In this document: positions 24,272 to 32,474 of the stretch, piece after piece
Layout: each line of letters opens with the position of its first letter
Numbering within the stretch: the stretch's first letter is position 1
Assembly (NCBI GenBank): GCA_003154635.1
Contig: PMDX01000093.1
Span: 250-52,253 of the forward strand
DNA length: 52,004 nt
From: Actinomycetota bacterium
GTDB lineage: Bacteria > Actinomycetota > Geothermincolia > Fen-727 > Anoxymicrobiaceae
Direction: 5' to 3'
Notes under the pieces: model-generated
Databases searched by the model: none
What the model was told of the DNA's origin: nothing
Seen by the model: only the letters and a program-made list of their open reading frames with translations
Position numbers and translations under genes: made by a program

Positions 24272-27130
24272 ATGTTGTTATTCAGCAAAGCAGTTTCAGG
24301 TTGGAAACGCCAGCTTGTTCGAACAATCATGATCATCTCGGTTGCTTCGCTGTTTTCGTTCCTGGCCCTGACCGTAACCCCGAATAAGGCGGAAGCAGTG
24401 CCCGCGAGCGGCAGGCACGATTACAAATCGAGCATCGACGGAACTAACCTGACGTGCTCGATATATACGCCGCAGAACAGGACGAAAACCACCCCACTTC
24501 CAGTCTGGGTAATGCTGCACGCGCTTGGTGGGCCCTCCCCGGATTACCTCCAGGAGTACCAGGATGTTGCAAATACTTACGATGTTATTTGCATAACGCC
24601 CAACGGGCGGAACTATCAAAGCTTGTACGCGGATGGCGTGCCCGTGACCGGCGAACCATCGATAATGGACGATTTCAGCAGCGGGACAACCGGATGGGCT
24701 TTCAAGTCCGGCCACTGGTACATCCCAACGGGCCAACAATATCTGGTCCAGGATCAGAATTCCCAGACTTTCAGTGTGGCGGAGCGCACTGGCTCCTCGG
24801 GGGTCGAGTACGCCGTGAGCACCGATATCACAGTGCAATCGGACTCGGTCCCAAGTTACGGCGGCGTTTCCTTCCGTAAGCAGGACGACAACAACCAGTA
24901 CTGGGCGGGGCTTTTGAATGATGGCACCAAGAAATTCGGGCTTTGCAAGGAGGTAAACGGGGTCTGGACCACGCTGGCCACCAACAGCGATACCTCATTG
25001 ACCTGGAGCTACAACCAGCCATACAGGTTGAAGGTGCTGGTGTACGATGACTACATCGAACTGCTGGTTAACAACCAGATAATAGCCTTGACGAACTCGG
25101 TCCACCCCCAGTTGGCAGGCTACACGGACACCGGAACGACCTTTAGGAGCGGAAACGCGGGCTTGATCACCTACGGTAGCGTTGACCTTTTTGACAACTT
25201 TAAGGTTCAGGACGAGTTCCAGTACGGGGCGACGGATATTACCGATACGATCCAACAGTTCCTCGATGAGTTCAGCGTTGACCCTCACTACACTGCTGAT
25301 CCCTCCAAGATCTACCTTGGTGGTTATTCGATGGGGGGTGGAGGCACTTGGAGCCTCGGCCTGCAGAACCCGGAACTGTTCGCTGCGCTTCATCCCAATC
25401 AGGGTACATCAGATCTGACAGCGACATACAGCTGGATCAGTGCGCATTACGCTGAGCGGCCGATCGATCAGTACGCCTATCCCGAACAGGACGTCCAGAT
25501 CGTGGAGACCTCCAATGCGATCATCGGTTCGGACGACCCCCTGAACAGCACCGATCCCAGGGTCATGAGCGGTCTTCGCGAGAACAGTGGCCGCTATCTC
25601 CTGGAAAATGGCTTGAATACCTCCATCCGGATTGAAGACAAGTGCCGTGACACGTTGATACCCAATACCACTGCGCCTGACAATGGCGATGCACCTCTTG
25701 CCATACGGTACTTGTCAACGAATCCCTGGACACTCTATATGGATCTTGACCACTATGCCACCGGCAATGCGGCGGACAACCACGGGCTTCCCAATCCCAA
25801 ACCCGGCTACGCCAACGGCTACTATCCATGGTGCCAACTGCATATAACCAACATGTCTAAAGGCACCGTGGAAACGAGCCGGTTCGATCAGAATGGTGTG
25901 GGACCTGGAACCGATTACCACATCCTGGGTGATTATTTCGACAACTTCCCATACGATAACTCCATGGTTTATGGAGCTCACGGAGTCGGTGGCGCTACAA
26001 CGCAGACGCAATTCCTGGATACCGGCCCGGATTACTACGCGAAGCAGATGGGCTTCTTCCTGAACCGGGCCCTGGCATCAGATAAGTACTACCAGCACGT
26101 TGACCCAGGCGAGGTCGCGTACAAGACGTACGATACGACTCATAACAGCGCGTGGTGGCTGACGGTGGTAGCCGCGCAACCGAACAATAAGGATTATCCC
26201 GGGCTTGCCAGGGTCAAAAGAGATACTGCCAATAACAAGGTCAATGTTCATGTGAAGAACGTGGCGACCACGACCCTGGACATCAAGCGAATGGCCCGCG
26301 TAAACGACTCGGGGACCGCGCAGCTCAACCTGGGGAACGGACAGAAGTTGACAATTGTAGTGGACAACAATACAGCGCCTGAATCTGAGCCTGTTTCCGA
26401 TGCAGCAAGCCAGACCAATCTAAAGCTGGTAGGCGAGTGGTATCCGGCTCTGAGCTATACGATCAAGAAGAATGGGACCACAATTACTCCCGCCATTACG
26501 GGAACCACAATAACGATCCCCGGCGTTACCAGTTCACCGACGACGACAATCGAGATCACGATGCCATCCAACCAGTCAGGCGCCAACTTGCTCTCAAGCC
26601 TTAACTGCGGCTTTGAGAGTGGTACCCAGTACTGGAGTACCTTCGAGAACGGCACACTGAATGGCACCTACGATGTCAACAGCATGAAGTGCCTTGCTCA
26701 TTCGGGCAACAAGTCGTTGAGGATCAAAGACTCAATTCCCTCGCAGTCTCCGTATACGTCTCAGTGGAAGCTCACGACGCCTGTAAGCATAACGGCGAAT
26801 AATAACTACTCGCTCAGCGCGTTCGTTGACACGAGGGAACTCAACAGTAAGTCAAGGGTCTACGAGAACGGGGTATATAGCCAGAACGATGCGTACAATT
26901 CCGCGGTGGGAATAGGGATAGCGTGGATTAACTCCCAGGGTGCTCAGGTCGGCTGGACTACCGGTCCGGGTACCAGGGGAACCAAGGAATGGGTACCCAT
27001 GGAGGTGCAAGGCCAGGCTCCCGGAACCGCCGTGAAGGCACAACCGATCCTGTACGTGATCAACCACGACAGCCAGGGCTTCTCGGGCAGCGTCTGGTTT
27101 GATGATGTTGGGCTTCGTAGATTGAACTAA
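24272..27130 (+). CDS. secreted multidomain hydrolase: signal peptide, alpha/beta esterase core split by a LamG/DUF1080-like beta-sandwich, C-terminal CBM4/9-like module
   Basis: RBS GGGAGGTGG. Signal peptide ...FLALTVTPNKAEA. Esterase N-part LPVWVMLHALGG. Inserted domain DDFSSGTTGWAFKSGHWY...YRLKVLVYDDYIELLVNNQ...GSVDLFDNFKV. Nucleophile elbow IYLGGYSMGGGG. C-terminus NCGFESGTQYW...SGSVWFDDVGL. Confidence 0.8.
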   Translation: MLLFSKAVSGWKRQLVRTIMIISVASLFSFLALTVTPNKAEAVPASGRHDYKSSIDGTNLTCSIYTPQNRTKTTPLPVWVMLHALGGPSPDYLQEYQDVANTYDVICITPNGRNYQSLYADGVPVTGEPSIMDDFSSGTTGWAFKSGHWYIPTGQQYLVQDQNSQTFSVAERTGSSGVEYAVSTDITVQSDSVPSYGGVSFRKQDDNNQYWAGLLNDGTKKFGLCKEVNGVWTTLATNSDTSLTWSYNQPYRLKVLVYDDYIELLVNNQIIALTNSVHPQLAGYTDTGTTFRSGNAGLITYGSVDLFDNFKVQDEFQYGATDITDTIQQFLDEFSVDPHYTADPSKIYLGGYSMGGGGTWSLGLQNPELFAALHPNQGTSDLTATYSWISAHYAERPIDQYAYPEQDVQIVETSNAIIGSDDPLNSTDPRVMSGLRENSGRYLLENGLNTSIRIEDKCRDTLIPNTTAPDNGDAPLAIRYLSTNPWTLYMDLDHYATGNAADNHGLPNPKPGYANGYYPWCQLHITNMSKGTVETSRFDQNGVGPGTDYHILGDYFDNFPYDNSMVYGAHGVGGATTQTQFLDTGPDYYAKQMGFFLNRALASDKYYQHVDPGEVAYKTYDTTHNSAWWLTVVAAQPNNKDYPGLARVKRDTANNKVNVHVKNVATTTLDIKRMARVNDSGTAQLNLGNGQKLTIVVDNNTAPESEPVSDAASQTNLKLVGEWYPALSYTIKKNGTTITPAITGTTITIPGVTSSPTTTIEITMPSNQSGANLLSSLNCGFESGTQYWSTFENGTLNGTYDVNSMKCLAHSGNKSLRIKDSIPSQSPYTSQWKLTTPVSITANNNYSLSAFVDTRELNSKSRVYENGVYSQNDAYNSAVGIGIAWINSQGAQVGWTTGPGTRGTKEWVPMEVQGQAPGTAVKAQPILYVINHDSQGFSGSVWFDDVGLRRLN

Positions 27131-27142
27131 TTGAAACGTGGT

Positions 27143-27184
27143 GGGAATTCAGCAGCGCCGCCCAGGCAGCGCTGCTGAATTCCC
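27143..27184. terminator. 16-bp perfect stem hairpin between convergent genes
   Basis: GGGAATTCAGCAGCGC (27143-27158), 10-nt loop, GCGCTGCTGAATTCCC (27169-27184). There is no clean U-tract on either side. Confidence 0.55.
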
Positions 27185-27324
27185 TGAATAGACCACCTGA
27201 TAGTGTCAATTCAGTTGGTAGCTGGATCAGAAAGAATAGCATTGGACCCGGGGCGGGATCATTTCTTCAATAACACGAAATGTGGCTCCGGGGTTTTTCC
27301 ACGCTGGAGGCTCCGTCGGGATCT

Positions 27325-28350
27325 TCAAACGGGGAACAGCGGCTTGCGACGCTTCACGGCCCGGAGGTACATCTGGGGTGCGCTGTGATACCGCCACCAG
27401 CTGTTATCGTCGACCTTGATAAAATGTTCTCGCAACCGGAGCCTGAGCCCCATGAAGAAGTAGGTGGGGAAGTAGGGAAAGCCGGTGCGCTTCTCGACGT
27501 CGAACCCCATGAAGTCGAGCATGTTTTCAATCTCCCGGCTGCTGAACTCGCGGAGATGCTCGTCAATGGAGGCTTTTTCGCGATCGGTTATTCCCAGCCC
27601 TTCGCCCATCTCCTTGAGCTTCCCGTACTCGACATCGAATTCTTCACGGACGTCGGGTGACAGGCGGTCTATAACCTTCTTTGTAAGGTCCTCCTCTTTG
27701 CCGGCGAAAACCTTGCGTAAAGCCCAGCGGATCGCTTTCATCGGAAGGACCGACTTCAACAGCTTGTAAAGGCGCACGTAGTAAGAGGAGGTGTTGGGCG
27801 TGCCCAGAACAAGCACTCCACCCGCGCGGAGCACGCGGAAGATCTCACTTACAACCTTGCCCGGCAGGTCGACGTGTTCTACAACCTCGGTGCAGACAAC
27901 TACGTCGAAGCACTCGTCACCGAACGGGAGGTCCTGGGCGTCGGCGGCCTGGAAGCGCACGCCGCGGCCCGGATACCTCTCTAATGCTTCCTCGGTACAC
28001 CTGGCCACCCACCTCTCCGATATATCGACGCCCGTCACGTCGGCGCCCTTTTCGAGCAGGTAAAAAGAGAAAACACCGTACTGGCAGCCCACATCGAGAA
28101 CTTTCTTGCCCGAGACCGAGCCGGCGAGCTGGAATACCATCTCCGAGCGGAAGTTTTCGATCCACTCCTTGCCTTTTTGCAAGAAGCCGCCCAGGTTGGC
28201 GTCGAGGACCATCTCCTGGACGATGCCGTACTGGTCGTACCACTCGGCAAGTTTGTATCGCCGGTCCTCGGATATCATATTGTCGCTACGATCTGTGGTT
28301 ACTTCATCCATGGCTGTGTTGATTGTAAACGAAAAGGCTCTACTTGACAC
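27325..28350 (-). CDS. class I SAM-dependent methyltransferase with C-terminal extension
   Basis: VLDVGCQYGVFSFYLLEKGADVTGVDIS (motif I plus acidic residue), FDVVVCTEVVEHV, GGVLVLGTPN. The start is uncertain; the ATG at 28311 is also possible. Confidence 0.75.
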   Translation of the reverse strand: MSSRAFSFTINTAMDEVTTDRSDNMISEDRRYKLAEWYDQYGIVQEMVLDANLGGFLQKGKEWIENFRSEMVFQLAGSVSGKKVLDVGCQYGVFSFYLLEKGADVTGVDISERWVARCTEEALERYPGRGVRFQAADAQDLPFGDECFDVVVCTEVVEHVDLPGKVVSEIFRVLRAGGVLVLGTPNTSSYYVRLYKLLKSVLPMKAIRWALRKVFAGKEEDLTKKVIDRLSPDVREEFDVEYGKLKEMGEGLGITDREKASIDEHLREFSSREIENMLDFMGFDVEKRTGFPYFPTYFFMGLRLRLREHFIKVDDNSWWRYHSAPQMYLRAVKRRKPLFPV

Positions 28351-28376
28351 GCGGCGGGGCCTTCTCGAAAGCGGAA

Positions 28377-28452
28377 AGATACTACAGCTACGGGCAAAGC
28401 AACTCCCGGGGAATCACGTCCGGCCCGGACGGCGCGCTCTGGTTCACCGACT
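28377..28452 (+). pseudogene. isolated fragment resembling one Vgb/streptogramin-lyase-type beta-propeller repeat
   Basis: The translation YYSYGQSNSRGITSGPDGALWFTD matches the repeat signature GIT.GPDG.LWFT. It has no gene context and the surrounding frames are broken. Confidence 0.3.
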
Positions 28453-28691
28453 GCGCTGATGCACGAGAATATAGCGTATCGCGGTCTCGACCCCGCCTTG
28501 AAGATTGCCATCCTGGAGTGGAAGATAATCCTGGCGCCGATCTTCTCCAAGGCCTGGAGGGGACATGGAGAGGTCAGTCGGCGAGCATGCCGAGGAATCC
28601 AGCCAACCGTGCCGGAAAGAAGCGGTTCGTTGTAAAATCACGGCGTTGGAAGCGGTGCATGGAGGATGTCGGTTTGCAGACTGATGTAGCT

Positions 28692-28720
28692 TGATGGAGT
28701 GGGATTCGAACCCACCGCCC
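28692..28720 (-). other. orphan tRNA 3' fragment (T arm + 3' acceptor strand)
   Basis: The minus strand reads GGCGGTGGGTTCGAATCCCACTCCATCA, a canonical T stem-loop GTGGG/TTCGAAT/CCCAC. I found no complementary 5' acceptor strand, D arm or anticodon arm in the 100 nt upstream. Confidence 0.5.
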
Positions 28721-28797
28721 CATACGCCTGCGTCGCGCGGTGACTCCGGGGCAGTGGGTGGAAGGATTCTCTCGCATTTCGATCTGTCGAGGACTCT

Positions 28798-29160
28798 ATG
28801 ACCAAGTTCAGAGAAGTCTCATCGGAGGACCGCAAAAATTACGGTATCATCCTTCTGATCTACATTGCCGCGGCTGTTGTGAGCATGTTTTTCCTGCTTC
28901 CAGAGTATTGGTATGTGGTACTGGCGATCTTGATTGCCGGCGCGCTATTGATGACAGGTTTAACCACTCGCGACTACGGTGCCCGCTGTGCAAATTGCGG
29001 CAACGAGTTCGAGCTTTCATTTACGCGGGAGGTACTTGCTCCTCATGGAGGCGGCCGTAGCGGTTCATGGCAATACGTCAAGTGCCCCAATTGCGGGAAA
29101 CGCACGAGGGCTCTTGTAGTCAAGAAGGTCACAGAAGATGAGCGAGTAGAAGGTCAGTGA
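28798..29160 (+). CDS. membrane-anchored zinc-ribbon protein
   Basis: 120 aa with two TM helices (GIILLIYIAAAVVSMFFLL, YVVLAILIAGALLMTGL), then CANCG...CPNCG. Confidence 0.6.
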   Translation: MTKFREVSSEDRKNYGIILLIYIAAAVVSMFFLLPEYWYVVLAILIAGALLMTGLTTRDYGARCANCGNEFELSFTREVLAPHGGGRSGSWQYVKCPNCGKRTRALVVKKVTEDERVEGQ

Positions 29161-29211
29161 GTTATTCGAGGTTCAATAGGGCAAGGTCAATCGAGAGAAA
29201 AGGTCGTGCGG

Positions 29212-29424
29212 ATGTCTTGTTATTTCAGGCACATGAAAGACGTGTTCGAAGAGGCAGGCATAGAGGTTGGGCCGGATAACAAGAAAGGCGTCGATAGGCG
29301 GATCCACGAGATCGTAGGCGTGACTTACAAAGACTGTCCGGCCGCGTGGCGCGCGGTCAAGGAAGAGATCAACGACGAGGCTTCCAGGGAAGCCTTTGTC
29401 AAGCGTCTCAAGGCGGCGAAATAG
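29212..29424 (+). CDS. small conserved-looking hypothetical protein (70 aa)
   Basis: MSCYFRHMKDVFEEAGIEVGPDNKKGVDRRIHEIVGVTYKDCPAAWRAVKEEI. The stop TAG directly abuts the next ATG (29425). Confidence 0.55.
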   Translation: MSCYFRHMKDVFEEAGIEVGPDNKKGVDRRIHEIVGVTYKDCPAAWRAVKEEINDEASREAFVKRLKAAK

Positions 29425-29796
29425 ATGAACGAGAATATCGCGTACTGTGGGCTTGACTGCTCGCGATGCCCGGCGCTCATCGCAACGCGCGAAGGAGATA
29501 AGGAGGCGCTTGCCGCCGTAGCCGCGAGATGGAGCTCCGACACAGGTCGTGGAATAGTGGTGGAGTCCATCCTCTGCGACGGGTGCAAGTCAGGCAGCAC
29601 GCGCATCAACACCTTCTGCGCCGCCTGTGCGATCCGCGATTGCGCCTCCGGTCGCGGATACGAGACTTGCGCGCACTGCGACGAGTATCCGTGCGGCCGC
29701 CTGGAAAGCTTTCCCGCATTCCTGGCCGAGGGCAAGGCTTGCCTCGACCTGATCAGGCAACGCCTGTTGATGGATGGCCCACCTCGCCCTGAGTGA
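29425..29796 (+). CDS. DUF3795-type Cys-rich protein
   Basis: The N-terminal YCGLDCSRCPA and later CDGC...FCAACAIRDC...CAHCDEYPC are typical of DUF3795. Confidence 0.75.
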   Translation: MNENIAYCGLDCSRCPALIATREGDKEALAAVAARWSSDTGRGIVVESILCDGCKSGSTRINTFCAACAIRDCASGRGYETCAHCDEYPCGRLESFPAFLAEGKACLDLIRQRLLMDGPPRPE

Positions 29797-29906
29797 CAAA
29801 CGTCGCGCTTCAGGGGTTCCTTGGTGCCGTTGCCATCGTGTTACTATACGATTGTCTCGTGAAGCCCGAGCACTGCTGCCCGGAGCATGTATACGGAGGT
29901 GGAACA

Positions 29907-31730
29907 GTGTTGTCTATTCTTCATCTCGACAATATCACCGCAAGGAGGCTTCTGGCCTCGGCCATCGTCGCGCTTGCCATACTCGCGTGTCTCTCGCTGC
30001 CGGCCGCCGCCTCGCGGACTACCCCCGGCTTCGGCCCGGAGGTTCCCGTGGTGAGCGCGGGCGGTCCACGGTTCGCCCAGGTGACCGGCGAAAAGACCTG
30101 GTTCTTCGAGCGCTTCGATTCAGACGTCAAGGTAAACACCGACGGCTCGCTGACGGTGCGAGAGACCCAGGTTGCAAACTTCCAGGGTAATTTCACTTTC
30201 CTCAACAGGGACCTCACAGTGAGCAAAGCAAGCTTCAGTGAAGGCCGTAGCTACGGTAGTGTGCGCTACAGTGACATCAAGGTCTATGACCTCAAGGGCT
30301 CTCCTTACAAGAGCTTCAAGGTAGAGAACATCAATGGGGGCAAGCGCGTCCACATCTCTTTCTCGGCAAGCTTCCAGACGATGGGCTGGATAGTCGAGTA
30401 CAAGATGAAGGGCGCCGTCATCTATGCGAAAAACTACGACAGGCTCTATTACAACGCGGTTTCCCTCGATCGCGACGTAGCCATCGCTTCTTCGCGCATT
30501 ACCGTGCGGCTCCCCGCCGGAACGGACATGAGCAAAGTCAAATCGACGGAGTACCCGGACAAAGTATCGCCTCCGGGCCCGGCCCAGTCGGGACGCGACG
30601 GCACGACGCTCTGGTGGCAGGTCAAAGACATAAAACCTCAGACGACTTTCACGGTCGACGTCTCTTTCCCAAAGGGCATAGTCTCGGTGCCTCTCGTGTA
30701 CAGGGCCTGGTTCGGCATCCTCATGATAGCGATCGCCTTTCTCCTCGGTGCGGGCGCTCTCGTGTTGATGATCTTTCTCTGGTGGAGGAAAGGCCGCGAC
30801 GTCGCTGCTCCCGAGCTGGACGTAGTGCGGTATGAACCGCCGGAGGACATGCGCCCCGCGGAAGTTGGCGTGCTGGTGAAGGAGAAGCCTCTCATCGGGG
30901 ATATCACCGCGACCATCGTAGACCTGGCGATACGCCGTAAGCTAGTCATCAACGACCTCGGGGAGGAGGGAATCCTCAAGCACAGGAAGTTCGGTTTCCA
31001 GCGCTGGGACCCCGACATAGATGACACCGCGCCTTTCGAGAAAGAACTGCTGATCGGCCTTTTTGAAAACGGCCCTTCCGTCACGGAGGACGACCTCAAG
31101 GACAAGTTCTACAAGCACGTCAGCACGATCGATAAGAATCTCACGGAGCAGGTGATGTCCAAGGGCCTGTTCGACGGCGAACCGGCAAAGGTAAAGGCGA
31201 AGTACACCAGGCTCGCCATCGTCCTGCTCCTCCTGATGGGCGGGGTTTACCTGCTATGGCGCTGGTACGACCTTGGTTATTTCCTTGTGCTGGCAGGTGG
31301 GTTCGCCGTCGCCGCGATAGCCGTATTCATCGTGGGGCTCTACATGCCGAGGAGAACGGTGAAGGGCTCCGAGATGCTCTCTTACGTCAACGGCTTCAAG
31401 GAGTATATGTCGACCGCCGAGCGCGAAGAGATGAAGCTCATGACCGCCGACAACTTCCAGGCGAATCTCCCTTACGCGATGGTCCTCGGTGTCGCAAAAG
31501 AGTGGGCCGGCAAGTTCGCGGACATCTACAAGGAGCCGCCGGAGTGGTTCCGCGGCTATCCAGGGACGACGTTCAGCGCCGTATATCTAGCGGATTCGCT
31601 CTACATGATGCAGTCCAACGTGGGCACCACCCTTACCTCCCAGCCGTCCTCCAGCAGCGGCGGCGGCGGAGGGTTCGGCGGAGGTTTCTCAGGCGGAGGG
31701 TTCGGCGGCGGAGGCTCCTCGGCGGGATAG
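29907..31730 (+). CDS. DUF2207-type membrane protein
   Basis: The GTG at 29907 lies 6 nt after GGAGGTGG. Signal/TM segment, about 270-aa extracytoplasmic domain, TM cluster, and a Gly-rich tail SSSGGGGGFGGGFSGGGFGGGGSSAG characteristic of DUF2207. Confidence 0.8.
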   Translation: MLSILHLDNITARRLLASAIVALAILACLSLPAAASRTTPGFGPEVPVVSAGGPRFAQVTGEKTWFFERFDSDVKVNTDGSLTVRETQVANFQGNFTFLNRDLTVSKASFSEGRSYGSVRYSDIKVYDLKGSPYKSFKVENINGGKRVHISFSASFQTMGWIVEYKMKGAVIYAKNYDRLYYNAVSLDRDVAIASSRITVRLPAGTDMSKVKSTEYPDKVSPPGPAQSGRDGTTLWWQVKDIKPQTTFTVDVSFPKGIVSVPLVYRAWFGILMIAIAFLLGAGALVLMIFLWWRKGRDVAAPELDVVRYEPPEDMRPAEVGVLVKEKPLIGDITATIVDLAIRRKLVINDLGEEGILKHRKFGFQRWDPDIDDTAPFEKELLIGLFENGPSVTEDDLKDKFYKHVSTIDKNLTEQVMSKGLFDGEPAKVKAKYTRLAIVLLLLMGGVYLLWRWYDLGYFLVLAGGFAVAAIAVFIVGLYMPRRTVKGSEMLSYVNGFKEYMSTAEREEMKLMTADNFQANLPYAMVLGVAKEWAGKFADIYKEPPEWFRGYPGTTFSAVYLADSLYMMQSNVGTTLTSQPSSSSGGGGGFGGGFSGGGFGGGGSSAG

Positions 31731-31731
31731 G

Positions 31732-32298
31732 TCAGGTAACGGACGCGTCCGGCGCCTGCCTGGCTTCCGGGTCTTTCAGCTCGAAGTACTCGCGTGGGCC
31801 GAAGCTGTTCTTCATCATGCCCGCTACGACGTTGCCGGGGAAGCTCTCGCGCGCGTTGTCGTAGTACATCACCGAGCCGTTGTAGTACTTACGGGCTCCG
31901 GCGATCCTTGTCTCGGTTTGAGATAGTTGCGCTTGGAACTTGAGGAAGTCCTGGTTCGCCTTGAGGTCGGGATAGCTCTCCGCAACGGCCAGCAAACCGC
32001 CTATGGCGCCGGTCAGGCTGTCTTCAGCCGGGCCTTTTTCGCTGACGCTGCCCGCGTTCATTGCCCTGCCACGAGCCTCGGCGGCCGAGACCAGTACGCC
32101 CTTCTCGTGCGAGGCGTATCCCTTGACCACCTCGGACAGCTCGGGCACGAGGTCGTGTCGCCTGTTCAGCTCGACGTCGATCTGGTGCCATGCGTTGTCC
32201 GTCTTGTTGCGCAGGCGCACAAGCCTGTTGAACAGCACCAGGAGCGCGGCGAGCACCACGACCAGCACGGCTACGACAGCGATTATTGCTCCAGTCAT
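31732..32298 (-). CDS. lemA: LemA family protein
   Basis: The ATG at 32298 (MTGAIIAVVAV) follows GGGAAAGGAAAGAG. Single N-terminal TM, then FNRLVRLRNKTDNAWHQIDVELNRRHDLVP...ESYPDLKAN..F..LQ..L..TE..I..AR..YN. The track extension to 32619 is unsupported. Confidence 0.85.
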   Translation of the reverse strand: MTGAIIAVVAVLVVVLAALLVLFNRLVRLRNKTDNAWHQIDVELNRRHDLVPELSEVVKGYASHEKGVLVSAAEARGRAMNAGSVSEKGPAEDSLTGAIGGLLAVAESYPDLKANQDFLKFQAQLSQTETRIAGARKYYNGSVMYYDNARESFPGNVVAGMMKNSFGPREYFELKDPEARQAPDASVT

Positions 32299-32474
32299 CT
32301 CTTTCCTTTCCCAGGAGCGTTCGACAGCGACTCGCGCCAGGCGAGGGTCCGGCATCGGCGTTCCTTCTTTCCTGCGCTCAAGATACATTATGACGTAATT
32401 CGCGCGTACTGGCTCTCGTGGACGTGTGTCCCGCCGGGGCTTATGCTTGATATGGACCCGCGGGGAGGGCTGGC

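Noticed and set aside
28692-28790. A complete tRNA or tmRNA gene around the GGTTCGAATCC element.
   Set aside because: I could not fold a cloverleaf by hand. No 5' acceptor strand complements TCCATCA, and there are no D or anticodon arms. A register with a terminal CCA gives a non-canonical T loop. No tmRNA-like 5' end (the complement of the acceptor) occurs within 350 nt. It is kept only as a fragment.
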